NCBI GenBank assembly: GCA_023413605.1
Contig: JAEZPL010000722.1
Coordinates: 1-60,937, forward strand
Source: Pseudomonadota bacterium
Lineage (GTDB): Bacteria; Pseudomonadota; Alphaproteobacteria; Azospirillales; Azospirillaceae
Direction of reading: 5' to 3'
Length of the DNA stretch: 60,937 nucleotides
Shown: positions 50,434 through 59,040 of the stretch, piece by piece
Layout: each line of letters starts with the position of its first letter
Numbering within the stretch: position 1 is the first letter of the stretch
Translations under genes and position numbers: made by a program
Notes under the pieces: model-generated
What the model was told of the DNA's origin: nothing
The model's input: only the letters and a program-made list of their open reading frames with translations
Database searches by the model: none

Positions 50434-51123
50434 TCATTCGTTCGTTGCTGTGACAGGGCTTAGGTGCAAAACACCAAGCCGCTCAAACAGTTCATCCCAT
50501 TGGCCATCATGGCCGCGCCACTGGTTGGCTCCGGCAAGATGCCCGACCGACACCGGTCCAAGGCTGTACAGGGCAGACCGCTTGTCATCCCATGGTTCAG
50601 CAGGCATCAGGTCTGGATGGTGTACAAACGCCACATGGTACGGAAGATCAGGATAAAGGATTTCGATTCGATCACAGAATTGGGCGGCATCATCATGTGT
50701 AAAGATGGCCTGCTCCGCAAAATACGGCCAAGCAGCTAGCTTTTCAGCGAACGTCCCAAACCGGATGAACAATGTCGGCACGCCAGCCCGAAGGGACTCA
50801 TCCAAACGGCGAAAACGACGCTCCATCTTCTCCCTGCAGGTTGCCGCCGCTTCATCGGTAATGACCGCGTGATTGGATGTATTACGTGGAAATTCATGAG
50901 GGTATAGAAGCCCGTAGGCCTCGCACAATGGCTCAGTACCATCGTCGGTCAGCCTCACACGACCGCCAATACGCGCGCCTTTGTCATCCAGTGTCGCCAA
51001 TAGGGCTTGATACGGTGTCACAAGCCAATCGAACGGACCAGTAGGACACCCGGGTAGAGCCCGCTTAATCTGGTACGCGACTTGGCACCACCCACCAAGT
51101 GATATGACTTGGTCGTATTTCAT
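50434..51123 (-). CDS. DUF1796-family putative papain-like cysteine peptidase
   Basis: 'ISLGGWCQVAYQI', 'TGPFDW', 'YPHEFP', 'RRFRRL', 'LFIR'; AT-richer than its flanks. Confidence 0.78.
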   Translation of the reverse strand: MKYDQVISLGGWCQVAYQIKRALPGCPTGPFDWLVTPYQALLATLDDKGARIGGRVRLTDDGTEPLCEAYGLLYPHEFPRNTSNHAVITDEAAATCREKMERRFRRLDESLRAGVPTLFIRFGTFAEKLAAWPYFAEQAIFTHDDAAQFCDRIEILYPDLPYHVAFVHHPDLMPAEPWDDKRSALYSLGPVSVGHLAGANQWRGHDGQWDELFERLGVLHLSPVTATNE

Positions 51124-51234
51124 GGACGCGCCCATTATGGTTGTGCAGCCGAGTTATCGGCTTGGAAAACAGGTGTATATCCTGCGCATGTTAACGGACT
51201 CTCAACGTTGCGCCACAGGATCGATTGCAGAGGT

Positions 51235-51357
51235 TCTCCTCGCCACCAGCCGACACTCGCCGCCGTAGAGCGAGCGGCGACGCGCCGGCTGGCGGCGCCC
51301 ACGCCGCCCGGATCAGCCGCCCGGATCAGCCGCCCGGATCAGCCGTCGACGGCTTCG
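51235..51357. repeat. Right copy of the direct repeat, containing a 13-bp tandem triplication
   Basis: cgccaccagccgacactcgccgccg...gcgccggctggcggcgcccac(GCCGCCCGGATCA)x3 gccgtcgacgg; tandem array at 51303-51341. Confidence 0.85.
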
Positions 51358-51641
51358 ACGAACACGGCGGCGGTGGTGCCTTCCCGCTGGGCGGCGGCCT
51401 TGATCCGGGCATAGATCGCACCGTAGCCGATCCCGCCAGCGTCGCCGGGAAAATGGTCCCCGTCGAAGGCCAGGGGAACCACCGCCAGCGGGCGGTGGCC
51501 ATCGCGGCGTGCCGCCTCGTCCGCATAGCCGGCCATCGTCACCTGAACGGCGCGCTGCACCCGGTTCATTTCCAGCGACAGGATGCTCCAGTATTCGGCG
51601 GCGATGCCGAAGTCGGTCGGTATCCTCTTGATGAGAGCCAT
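51339..51641 (-). CDS. Small phage-type protein of the kind found downstream of fibre genes
   Basis: 'MALIKRIPTDFGIAAEYW.I...VT.AGY.DEAAR..G..PL...IY..IK...F..A.D'; AGAAGGA RBS. Family recognised from memory, unverified. Confidence 0.6.
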   Translation of the reverse strand: MALIKRIPTDFGIAAEYWSILSLEMNRVQRAVQVTMAGYADEAARRDGHRPLAVVPLAFDGDHFPGDAGGIGYGAIYARIKAAAQREGTTAAVFVEAVDG

Positions 51642-51675
51642 TGGAAAATTTTCCTTCTGTTATCGATGAGGGAGA

Positions 51676-52413
51676 TCAGACGATCTTGACCGTGCCGCCG
51701 TCGTTCCACAGCGCACCGCTTGGCAGGCCGGCGGCGCTCTTCGGCAGCGTCGGCACGACCACCGTGCCCGCGCCCTTGGGCTGAAGCCGCAGGTGGATGT
51801 TCGCGTCGCTCCCCGCGGCAAAAAGGGTGGGCGCGGCCCCGACGGCTCCCCCTTCGACGAGCACCCGGTTGACGGCGTTCGCCACCTTGGCGATGCGCAG
51901 GGAATCAGCGCCCTGGACACCCCCAACCGCAACACTGTCCGGATGGACGACGACCATGAGGTTGGGCGTGAACGTCCCTTTTGCGACGGCGCCGCCGGTG
52001 TTGCAGAACAACGCTATCGTGTTCCACGCTGGCGTGTTGACCGCCAATCCGCTCGCGGCGAGGGAGCCGTGGCCGACGACGAAGCGGGCGGCGGTTCCGT
52101 CGAACCAGACGTTGGCGCCAAGGTAACCCTGACCGCCGCTGGAGGACGAGCCCCGCAGCCAGGTTCCGGCTCCACCAATGGCGACGCCGGCGGTATCGCA
52201 TGTCAATTGACTGCCTCCGCCCGCCGACAAGGCCACCGTGTCATTTGCGGGGTGCGTCAGCCCGGTGTCGGGATCATTGGCGAAGGCAAGTCCCGGAGCC
52301 GAGACGGTTCCCGCCGGCAGGGTGACCACCCCGGTGAAGGTGGGGTTCGCCTTGGGCGCCACGGAAATCGGGTCCGCACCTCGGCGCGGTGCCGTGTAAT
52401 AGGGATTGGACAT
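51676..52413 (-). CDS. Phage tail/head fibre-like protein
   Basis: 'APKANPTFTG' fibre repeat; 'GTVSAPGLAFANDPDTGL'; Gly/Ala/Thr-rich beta repeats; C-terminus 'L.PKG.G.V...TLP.SAAGLPSGALWNDGGTVKIV'. Confidence 0.7.
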   Translation of the reverse strand: MSNPYYTAPRRGADPISVAPKANPTFTGVVTLPAGTVSAPGLAFANDPDTGLTHPANDTVALSAGGGSQLTCDTAGVAIGGAGTWLRGSSSSGGQGYLGANVWFDGTAARFVVGHGSLAASGLAVNTPAWNTIALFCNTGGAVAKGTFTPNLMVVVHPDSVAVGGVQGADSLRIAKVANAVNRVLVEGGAVGAAPTLFAAGSDANIHLRLQPKGAGTVVVPTLPKSAAGLPSGALWNDGGTVKIV

Positions 52414-52418
52414 GGCGC

Positions 52419-52739
52419 TCACCCGTAGAAGGCCAGGGAGACGGTGCAGTCGGTCGGTGCCACCAGTCCCAGCGCCGTCACGCCGTTGATGATCCGGCCG
52501 GCCGGGTTCAGTTCGGCCGCCGCCCCGTTCAGGACGTCGCCGGCCGGCAGCGCGGCGGCGGCACCGTACTGCATCCAGAAATCGCCGTTGGCGTTGGCCA
52601 GCACGATCCGGGCACCGGTTGGAACAGCGACCTGCTTGGGCACGCCGGCGACCAGGACGACCGCATGACGGCTGTTGGACACGTTGACGACGTCGGTGCG
52701 GTTGCCCATGGCATCGTTCGCACTTAGGAAGTTCAGCAT
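52419..52739 (-). CDS. Small beta-rich phage structural-like protein
   Basis: 'VLVAGVPKQVAVPTGARIVLANANGDFWMQY...ELNP...LGLVAPTDCTVSLAFY'; directly upstream of and co-oriented with the fibre gene. Confidence 0.55.
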   Translation of the reverse strand: MLNFLSANDAMGNRTDVVNVSNSRHAVVLVAGVPKQVAVPTGARIVLANANGDFWMQYGAAAALPAGDVLNGAAAELNPAGRIINGVTALGLVAPTDCTVSLAFYG

Positions 52740-53133
52740 ATAAAGCCCCCGCTTCTTATTAGCCAGGGCATGATTGCATGATTTTTTTCCTATTTCAATG
52801 CCGATTTCCTTTCTGCTGCTGCCCGACGGTATGGAGGCGAGCGATATCGGGCATCAGGCCAGGGAAGTGACGAAAAAAGCTGCGGCATTCTCTCGATCGT
52901 CTGGTCTTTCCAAAACAGGCCGAGAAAAAATTGCCCTCTATTTCCAGAGTATTCTTGATTCAGAACTCACAACTTGCGCCAAAGCCCAAGCGCTGACCCG
53001 GTAGGGGTGCGTTTCGAGCGCGCCACCAAACATACCCTGACAATCGAAATCTTGAGTTTGCACAAGAGATTCTTTCCTGCTAAAATTGGATAGCATGGGA
53101 ATGATTGGAATAAAGACTGTGGAAAGCCAGAAT

Positions 53134-54456
53134 ATGTCTATTGACGATTTACGGAAGCGCGTCGCTCAGGGTGATTATCTTTCTGTCTGCAATGAAATCA
53201 GATTGCTATCTGACAAAAATCCTGAGCATTGGTACTTACTTGGCGTGTCCATCCGAAAAGCTGAGCCAAACAACAAAAAAGAAGCGCTCGAATGCTTTTC
53301 CATTGCAGAAAGAAATGGATTTGACCCGTTCTGGATTGCATTTTTTCGCATAAACATCTTGTTCGCCATTGGCGATTATGAAGGCGTTATTCGGGATGCC
53401 TCCACTGTTCTTTCGAAGAAAGACGACCCCTCTGTTCTCCATATGATGGTGCAATCCCTTAAGGAACTAAAGGGGGAATGTGTTGAACATGTTCCGGCGG
53501 TGGTGTCAGGACTTTACCAAAACCTTTCTTTAGCCAATCGTCGCATCGCTGATTTAACCGCGATGCGATCCCCCAAAATTATTAAGGTTAAAAGGCCTGA
53601 CTTTGAGGCTTTCACTTATGAAGGGGATTATACGGCGCGGGACATAGCCGGTATTAGCGCTCTTCCAATCGAGCCTATGTCTCCGAATGATTACATAAAA
53701 AATGTTTCTGATGGAGAAATTCATCTTCTTCTTTTAACACACCATTTGGCGGCTGAATTGAATCCGGCATTCCTGGACATCGGTGCCAACCTTGGCACAG
53801 ACGCCATTCTGGCTGCGCTTTTGATGCGGCAATTCGGAAAGCGCATCCCCATCGCCGCCTTTGAGCCTGGTGTGCTACGCGACCTTTTGCCCTACACCCT
53901 GAAGCTTAATGGATTGCAGGACGAGGTGAAGGCCGAGTCCGTGGCAGTGTCCGGCGACAACCGGCCGACTGTCATGTTCGGTGAACGCGGAAATTCCGTG
54001 AACGCCCGGTTGGTAAATCGTGACGCCGCCACGGAGTCCATCTGCCATCTGGTCGATTGCGTCACGGTGGACACGTACGTGACCCAGGCTGGCTTGCAGA
54101 ACCATTCCCTGGTGATGAAAATCGATACGCAAGGTGCCGAATGGCTGATCTGGCAGGGATTGCGCCCGGTGGCAAACCGTCAGCCCGTCAGCATGCTTAT
54201 GGAATTCGCACCCTACCCGTTGAAATCTTCCGTTGACCCAGTTGTGTTCTTGAAGGATCTGAGCGAACACTTCCATCTTGTGGACGTCGGGGTCAACCGC
54301 GATCTTGCCTGCGTGGTGACGGCCGAAACGGCCGCAGCGGCAGTCGAAGCGATCAAAGGACGCGAACAGCCGTGGACCGATTTTGTCTGTATCGGTCGCT
54401 CGGTTCGCGGTGCCGATGATCTGTTGAATAGGGTGTGCAGCCGCGTCAAGAACTGA
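53134..54456 (+). CDS. FkbM-family methyltransferase with an N-terminal TPR-like region
   Basis: 'FLDIGANLG', 'AFEP', 'VAVS', 'MKIDTQGAE', 'LMEFAP'. Start uncertain (53086-53134). Confidence 0.88.
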   Translation: MSIDDLRKRVAQGDYLSVCNEIRLLSDKNPEHWYLLGVSIRKAEPNNKKEALECFSIAERNGFDPFWIAFFRINILFAIGDYEGVIRDASTVLSKKDDPSVLHMMVQSLKELKGECVEHVPAVVSGLYQNLSLANRRIADLTAMRSPKIIKVKRPDFEAFTYEGDYTARDIAGISALPIEPMSPNDYIKNVSDGEIHLLLLTHHLAAELNPAFLDIGANLGTDAILAALLMRQFGKRIPIAAFEPGVLRDLLPYTLKLNGLQDEVKAESVAVSGDNRPTVMFGERGNSVNARLVNRDAATESICHLVDCVTVDTYVTQAGLQNHSLVMKIDTQGAEWLIWQGLRPVANRQPVSMLMEFAPYPLKSSVDPVVFLKDLSEHFHLVDVGVNRDLACVVTAETAAAAVEAIKGREQPWTDFVCIGRSVRGADDLLNRVCSRVKN

Positions 54457-54460
54457 AAAG

Positions 54461-54725
54461 GGTGCTGTTAACTTCGCGGTCGGCTGATGCAAGGAGGGTT
54501 TGAGCAACCCCCGTGTTCACTGGATCAGGGAGCAGAGCAGGGCCGGTCGCCTCGCGCCAGACAGTGAAGGCGCGAGCGCGAACGGTGCGATACTCGGAGG
54601 CGTTATGCTCAGATATCAGCTTTATCGGTGTTCACCGCTGATTTTCAGATCCTTCTTCACTGCTGCGCATGACTTCAGCTTATCGGTCACGATGACGAGC
54701 GGGGCGTAACGCAACCTTTTCAACA
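54461..54725 (-). mobile_element. IS6-family transposase remnant with one terminal inverted repeat
   Basis: Minus strand reads 'YAPLVIVTDKLKSCAAVKKDL..EHR*S*YL', then 'ASEYRTVRARAFTVWREAT'. IS6-type end GGTGCTGTTAACTT at 54461. Confidence 0.75.
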
Positions 54726-55496
54726 TTACGCCGCGATCCCGCAGAAGCGGTGGACCGACGGCACGGTCCGCGGCAGGTCGCCACCCGCCAGGTCGCGCAG
54801 CTTGTCGAGCGACAACTCGTAGCGGACCGTCGGGGCGTTCTCCTGGAAGACGGAGGCGCTGCCGAGGCGGGTGTGCAGATCGCCCAGCCGCAGAAGCCCT
54901 TCGGCCCCGAGGTTGACGATCTCACCCCGCACGCCCTTCTCGACCAGCCGCCACACCAGCGACGCCGCGTCGTCGGTGTGGATGAACTGAAGCTCGGAGT
55001 TCGGGGACAGCCAGACCGGCGCACCGTTCTGCATGTCGTAGATCGCGTTCTTCTTCAGCTCCGGCCCGACGAATCCCCCCATGCGGACAATCAGCCAGTT
55101 CCGGTGAATGCCCTGCACCGCCTGCTCGGCCAGGTGCTTGTGCAGGCCATAGCGGCTGATCCGCGACAGGTCGATGCGCTGGTCCTCCCGCGTCACCTCG
55201 GGGCTGTGCTGCTCCGGGTAGACATCGCCGGAGGACAGGAAGACGTAGCGGTCCGCCTTGAAGTCCTCCAGCCCCAGGACGACGCTGCGCGTCGACGCGT
55301 CGAAGTCCCACACCGGGTCGCGCGTCGACATGAACTTGCGGCTGTTGCCGTTCGCGTTGATCAGGACGTCGCAGGACGTCCCCTTGTACTGATCGTACGT
55401 CTCGCGGGAGATCACCCGGTGCTCCAGCCCCAGGCGCTCAAAAAGCCGCACATAGGCCGACCCGACGAAGCCGTTGCCGCCGATGATGTAGATCAT
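54726..55496 (-). CDS. NAD-dependent epimerase/dehydratase (extended SDR)
   Basis: 'GGNGFVGS', 'FLSSGDVY', 'YGLHK'. Confidence 0.85.
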   Translation of the reverse strand: MIYIIGGNGFVGSAYVRLFERLGLEHRVISRETYDQYKGTSCDVLINANGNSRKFMSTRDPVWDFDASTRSVVLGLEDFKADRYVFLSSGDVYPEQHSPEVTREDQRIDLSRISRYGLHKHLAEQAVQGIHRNWLIVRMGGFVGPELKKNAIYDMQNGAPVWLSPNSELQFIHTDDAASLVWRLVEKGVRGEIVNLGAEGLLRLGDLHTRLGSASVFQENAPTVRYELSLDKLRDLAGGDLPRTVPSVHRFCGIAA

Positions 55497-55516
55497 GGGA
55501 GGTCCTTTCCTGCCGG

Positions 55517-56461
55517 TCAGAGCCGCAGCCCGTCGCCGCGGGTCTCGTAGTTGGCCGCGAACCAGTCGATGGTGCGCGTCAGGCCCTCACGCAGGGAGGT
55601 GTCGCAGGACAGGCCCAACCCCTTCATCCGCGCCGTATCGAAGATCTTGACCATCTGGCCGTCGGGCTTGTCCGCGTCCCAGCGGATCGCGCCCTTGAAG
55701 CCGGTCAGTTCGGCGATGGTTTCGGCCAGTTCCCGGATCGAGGTGCGGGTGCCGGAGGAGATGTTGACCGGCTCCGACGCGTGGTGCTGCTCGATGAAGT
55801 AGGGGATGGTCTTGGCAACGTCGGCGGCATAGACGAAATCGCGCTCCGGCAGGCCGGTGCCCCACATCACCACCTCCTCCGCACCGGTCAGCATCGCCTC
55901 GTAGTAGCGGCGGATCATCGCCGGGACGACGTGGCTGTCGAGCGGGTGGAAGTTGTCGTACTCGCCGTACATGTTGCCGGGGATGATGACCACCGCGTCC
56001 AGCCCATACTGCTTGCGGTAGGAGGTGGCGGCCACCGTGCCCATCATCTTGGCGGTGCTGTAGGGGGCGCTTTCCGGCTGCGGGAAGCCGTTCCAGAGCT
56101 GCGTCTCGTCGATCGGGCTCGTCGCCTTGGCCGGGTAGGAGCATCCGCCCATGGGGTAGATGAGCTTCTTCACCTTGTGGCGGGCGGCGGCGTCGAACAT
56201 CAGCGCCGTCAGCACGGTGTTCCGGAAATAGAAGTCGGCCGGATAGGTCCGGTTCGCCCCGATGCCGCCGGAATAGGCGGCGTAATGGACCACGACCTCC
56301 GGCTTGACCTCGGACAGGAGCCGGTCGACCTCGGCCGGTTGCATGAGGTCATAATCCTTGGACGACACGGCAACGACGTTGTCCGCGCCATAGGCATTCT
56401 GAAGAACAGGCAGGGTGTGTCGGCCAAGGAACCCGCTTGCACCGGTGATCAGCGTCTTCAT
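55517..56461 (-). CDS. Fcl/WcaG-like GDP-sugar epimerase/reductase
   Basis: 'TGASGFLG', 'AAYSGGIGAN...PADF', 'GGCSYP', 'YSTAK', 'PGNMYGEYDNF...SHVVPAMI', 'WGTG.PERDF'. Confidence 0.88.
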   Translation of the reverse strand: MKTLITGASGFLGRHTLPVLQNAYGADNVVAVSSKDYDLMQPAEVDRLLSEVKPEVVVHYAAYSGGIGANRTYPADFYFRNTVLTALMFDAAARHKVKKLIYPMGGCSYPAKATSPIDETQLWNGFPQPESAPYSTAKMMGTVAATSYRKQYGLDAVVIIPGNMYGEYDNFHPLDSHVVPAMIRRYYEAMLTGAEEVVMWGTGLPERDFVYAADVAKTIPYFIEQHHASEPVNISSGTRTSIRELAETIAELTGFKGAIRWDADKPDGQMVKIFDTARMKGLGLSCDTSLREGLTRTIDWFAANYETRGDGLRL

Positions 56462-56533
56462 GATGTTCTTGTTCCAGCTAAAGCGTGCAGAGTGTGACGA
56501 TCCGGTCGCCGGAGGGTCTTCTTTGAAATGCCC

Positions 56534-57526
56534 TCAGGTATGGACGATCTTTGCGCCCAGCGTGTCGATCCGGATCGGCATGCAGACGTGGGGCTGCATG
56601 GCCTCAACGAACGCGGCCTGGCGCTCGGGCGGAACCAGCACGAGCAGGAATCCGCCGGCCCCCGCCCCGTTCAGCTTGCCGCCGGTGGCGCCATTGGCAA
56701 GCGCCCTCGCGTACAAATCGTCGATCGGACCGGAGGAGACCTTGTTCGACAGACGCTTCTTGACCTGCCAACCCTCGTGCAGCAGGGAGCCGAAGGTCGA
56801 CACGATCTTCTCCGGGCGGCACGCCTCCAGCACATTCACCGATTCCTCGGCGAGCGCCAGCATGGTGTCCAACTCGCTGTCCACCATCGCGTTCTTGGTC
56901 TTCTGGATCTGCTCGTCCAGGGTGGCCGAAGCGTGGCGCCGGATGCCGGTGTAGACAAGCATCATGCTGTCGCACAGCGCGTTCAGCGACAATCCGCTGA
57001 TCTGCACGGGGGAAATGCTCACCCGGTTCTTGGAGAAGTCGAAGCGGTTGATGCCGCCGAAAGCCGCATGGTGCTGGTCCTGAACACCGACCAGCTCGCC
57101 AAGCCGCTCGCGCTCCACATGGACCGCGGTGCGGGCCAGATCGCTCTTGGTCATGGTGAGATTCAGCATCTCGGCCATCAGCTTCAGGAAGCCGACGGTG
57201 AAGGCCGAGGAGGAGCCGAGCCCGGTGTTGGCCGGCACGTCCGAACTGACGCTGATGTCGAGCGGCTCACGGTAATCGTGCATCTCCAGCACGGTGCGGA
57301 TCACCGGATGCTCGATCTGCTCACGCGTGTCGACCTTCTCCAGCTTCGAATACGCTACGCGGTACCGGTATTCCAGGATCGAGGACAGGCGCAGCGCGCT
57401 GATGTAGATGTACTTGTTGATCGCCATGCCGACCACGGTGCTGTGCCGGCGCTCAAAGAACTCCGGATAGTCGGTTCCGCCGCCGAAGAAACTGATGCGC
57501 AGAGGAGAGCGTACCGTAACCAGCAT
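56534..57526 (-). CDS. hddA: D-glycero-alpha-D-manno-heptose-7-phosphate kinase (GHMP family)
   Basis: 'RSPLRISFFGGGTDYP', 'PANTGLGSSSAF', 'GVQDQ..AAFGG', 'GGKLNGAGAGGF'. Confidence 0.9.
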   Translation of the reverse strand: MLVTVRSPLRISFFGGGTDYPEFFERRHSTVVGMAINKYIYISALRLSSILEYRYRVAYSKLEKVDTREQIEHPVIRTVLEMHDYREPLDISVSSDVPANTGLGSSSAFTVGFLKLMAEMLNLTMTKSDLARTAVHVERERLGELVGVQDQHHAAFGGINRFDFSKNRVSISPVQISGLSLNALCDSMMLVYTGIRRHASATLDEQIQKTKNAMVDSELDTMLALAEESVNVLEACRPEKIVSTFGSLLHEGWQVKKRLSNKVSSGPIDDLYARALANGATGGKLNGAGAGGFLLVLVPPERQAAFVEAMQPHVCMPIRIDTLGAKIVHT

Positions 57527-58476
57527 GGAGAAGTCTCCTTTGGAGAAAGGCAGCAGTTATCAGGGGCGGGGAATGTGTTGGGTATCGCGCGAGCGGTTTC
57601 GATCCGGTTGACGCGCGGGCACCTTTCGGTCCGATGGAAAATCACGAACGATTGACAACGCCAAGGCGTGGGTCGCGAAAGCCGTCGAATGGCGAGAGAG
57701 CCCCTTCCGTTGGCCGAACGAAGCAAGCCACTCCACCCGCCGTCATTTTTGGCATTGCGGCCACAGCCCGATTCCGCAATCAGCATAGTTCGTTCAGATT
57801 AACCACAAAAGCTTATTAAAAATAAACACAACCATGAGAAACGGCGCAAGCAATATCAATCAAAAGCGAGGAGACAATCTGAAGCCCTTGCCCAGCCTCA
57901 AGCGATTTTGGCGGGCACAGTGATCGCCAGGGTCATTGCCAAGCCAAGGATAGGCACAGCTGATGCGTCATTACGAAACTGAAATATTGTGACGCGAGCT
58001 GGAGCATGCCGTGCGGTGAAGTGAACACAGGACGATGGCCGCGCGCGAGACCAAGACTTCCTCGGGGCCCCACCTTCGCACGAGCACTGGAATCTCTGGC
58101 CGGGAAGAGACATGCCAACTGGCCCATCGACAACTGAACCGTATCGAGCCCTTCGCCCCCGCCCGGACAAGAACCTTGCCTGCATCCATAAGGACCGTAG
58201 ACTGGTGGCAACCCGCCCGCATGCGCATGCGCATGCCAAACCAAACCTTCTGCGCGTCACGACAAGCGCCCTATCCGGCGAAAATTAAGCCGACCTGATG
58301 ACCAACGCTTTCCCTTCACGCTCCTTATCTCAAGTCTAAGCTTATGCGCTGTCACCCTGAACGTCTTCGGAGTGTCCCTTGACACTCTTCGGCGTACTCC
58401 CTATGGTCGCGCCGCCGAGATCACCCCCAGCGGTGCGGTCCAGCTGTTCATTCCCGTTTACATAGCAGACCGGTCA

Positions 58477-59040
58477 ATGAGCCTTTCCTCTTATCTGGCC
58501 GACGCGGCGAACCTGATCCGACGCTCCGCGACGCCGGAACTCGACGCCATCATGGACGCGGCGATCATCACCATTGCCGACGCTCTCAAGGCCGGCCGGC
58601 CGCTGCTGGTCTGCGGCAACGGCGGCTCGGCGTCCGACGCCATGCACATCACCGGCGAGCTGGTCGGCCGCTTCCTCAAGGAACGCCGCGCGCTCAACGC
58701 CATCTGCCTGTCGTCCAACCCGTCGGTTCTGACCGCCTGGAGCAACGACTACGACTACGCCACCGTCTTCTCGCGCCAAGTGGAAGCGTATGGGGTGGCC
58801 GACGGCGTGCTGCTCGGCATCAGCACCTCGGGGAATTCGGCCAACGTGATCGAGGCTTTGAAGGTGGCGCGGTCGCTCGGCATGAAGACCGTGGGCTTGA
58901 CCGGCGAAGGCGGCGGCAAGATGGCCCCCCTGTGCGATCACCTGATCGCGGTCCCGTCGCGCCGCACTCCGGACATCCAGCAGGTGCACCTGTGCCTGTA
59001 TCATTATCTGTGTGAAATGGTCGAGGCGCGCTGCGCATGA
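58477..59040 (+). CDS. gmhA: Phosphoheptose (sedoheptulose-7-phosphate) isomerase
   Basis: 'CGNGGSASDAMH..ELVGRF', 'TA..NDY....FSRQVE', 'ISTSGNS.NV', 'TPDIQQVH'. Confidence 0.93.
   Translation: MSLSSYLADAANLIRRSATPELDAIMDAAIITIADALKAGRPLLVCGNGGSASDAMHITGELVGRFLKERRALNAICLSSNPSVLTAWSNDYDYATVFSRQVEAYGVADGVLLGISTSGNSANVIEALKVARSLGMKTVGLTGEGGGKMAPLCDHLIAVPSRRTPDIQQVHLCLYHYLCEMVEARCA

Noticed and set aside
51191..51206. CtrA-like TTAA-N7-TCAA site upstream of DUF1796
   Set aside because: One mismatch, in AT-rich foreign DNA, with no supporting evidence.
51303..51341. 13-bp tandem repeat (and the 12-bp repeat at 36314) as a CRISPR array
   Set aside because: No spacers, units too short, and no cas genes.
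51339..52739. Calling the fibre module a prophage
   Set aside because: No integrase, att/tRNA site, head, packaging or lysis genes in the window.
57911..57966. Two sigma54-like GGCAC-N5-xxGC motifs
   Set aside because: Both deviate from TGGCAC-N5-TTGC and lie about 500 bp from gmhA; not distinguishable from chance.
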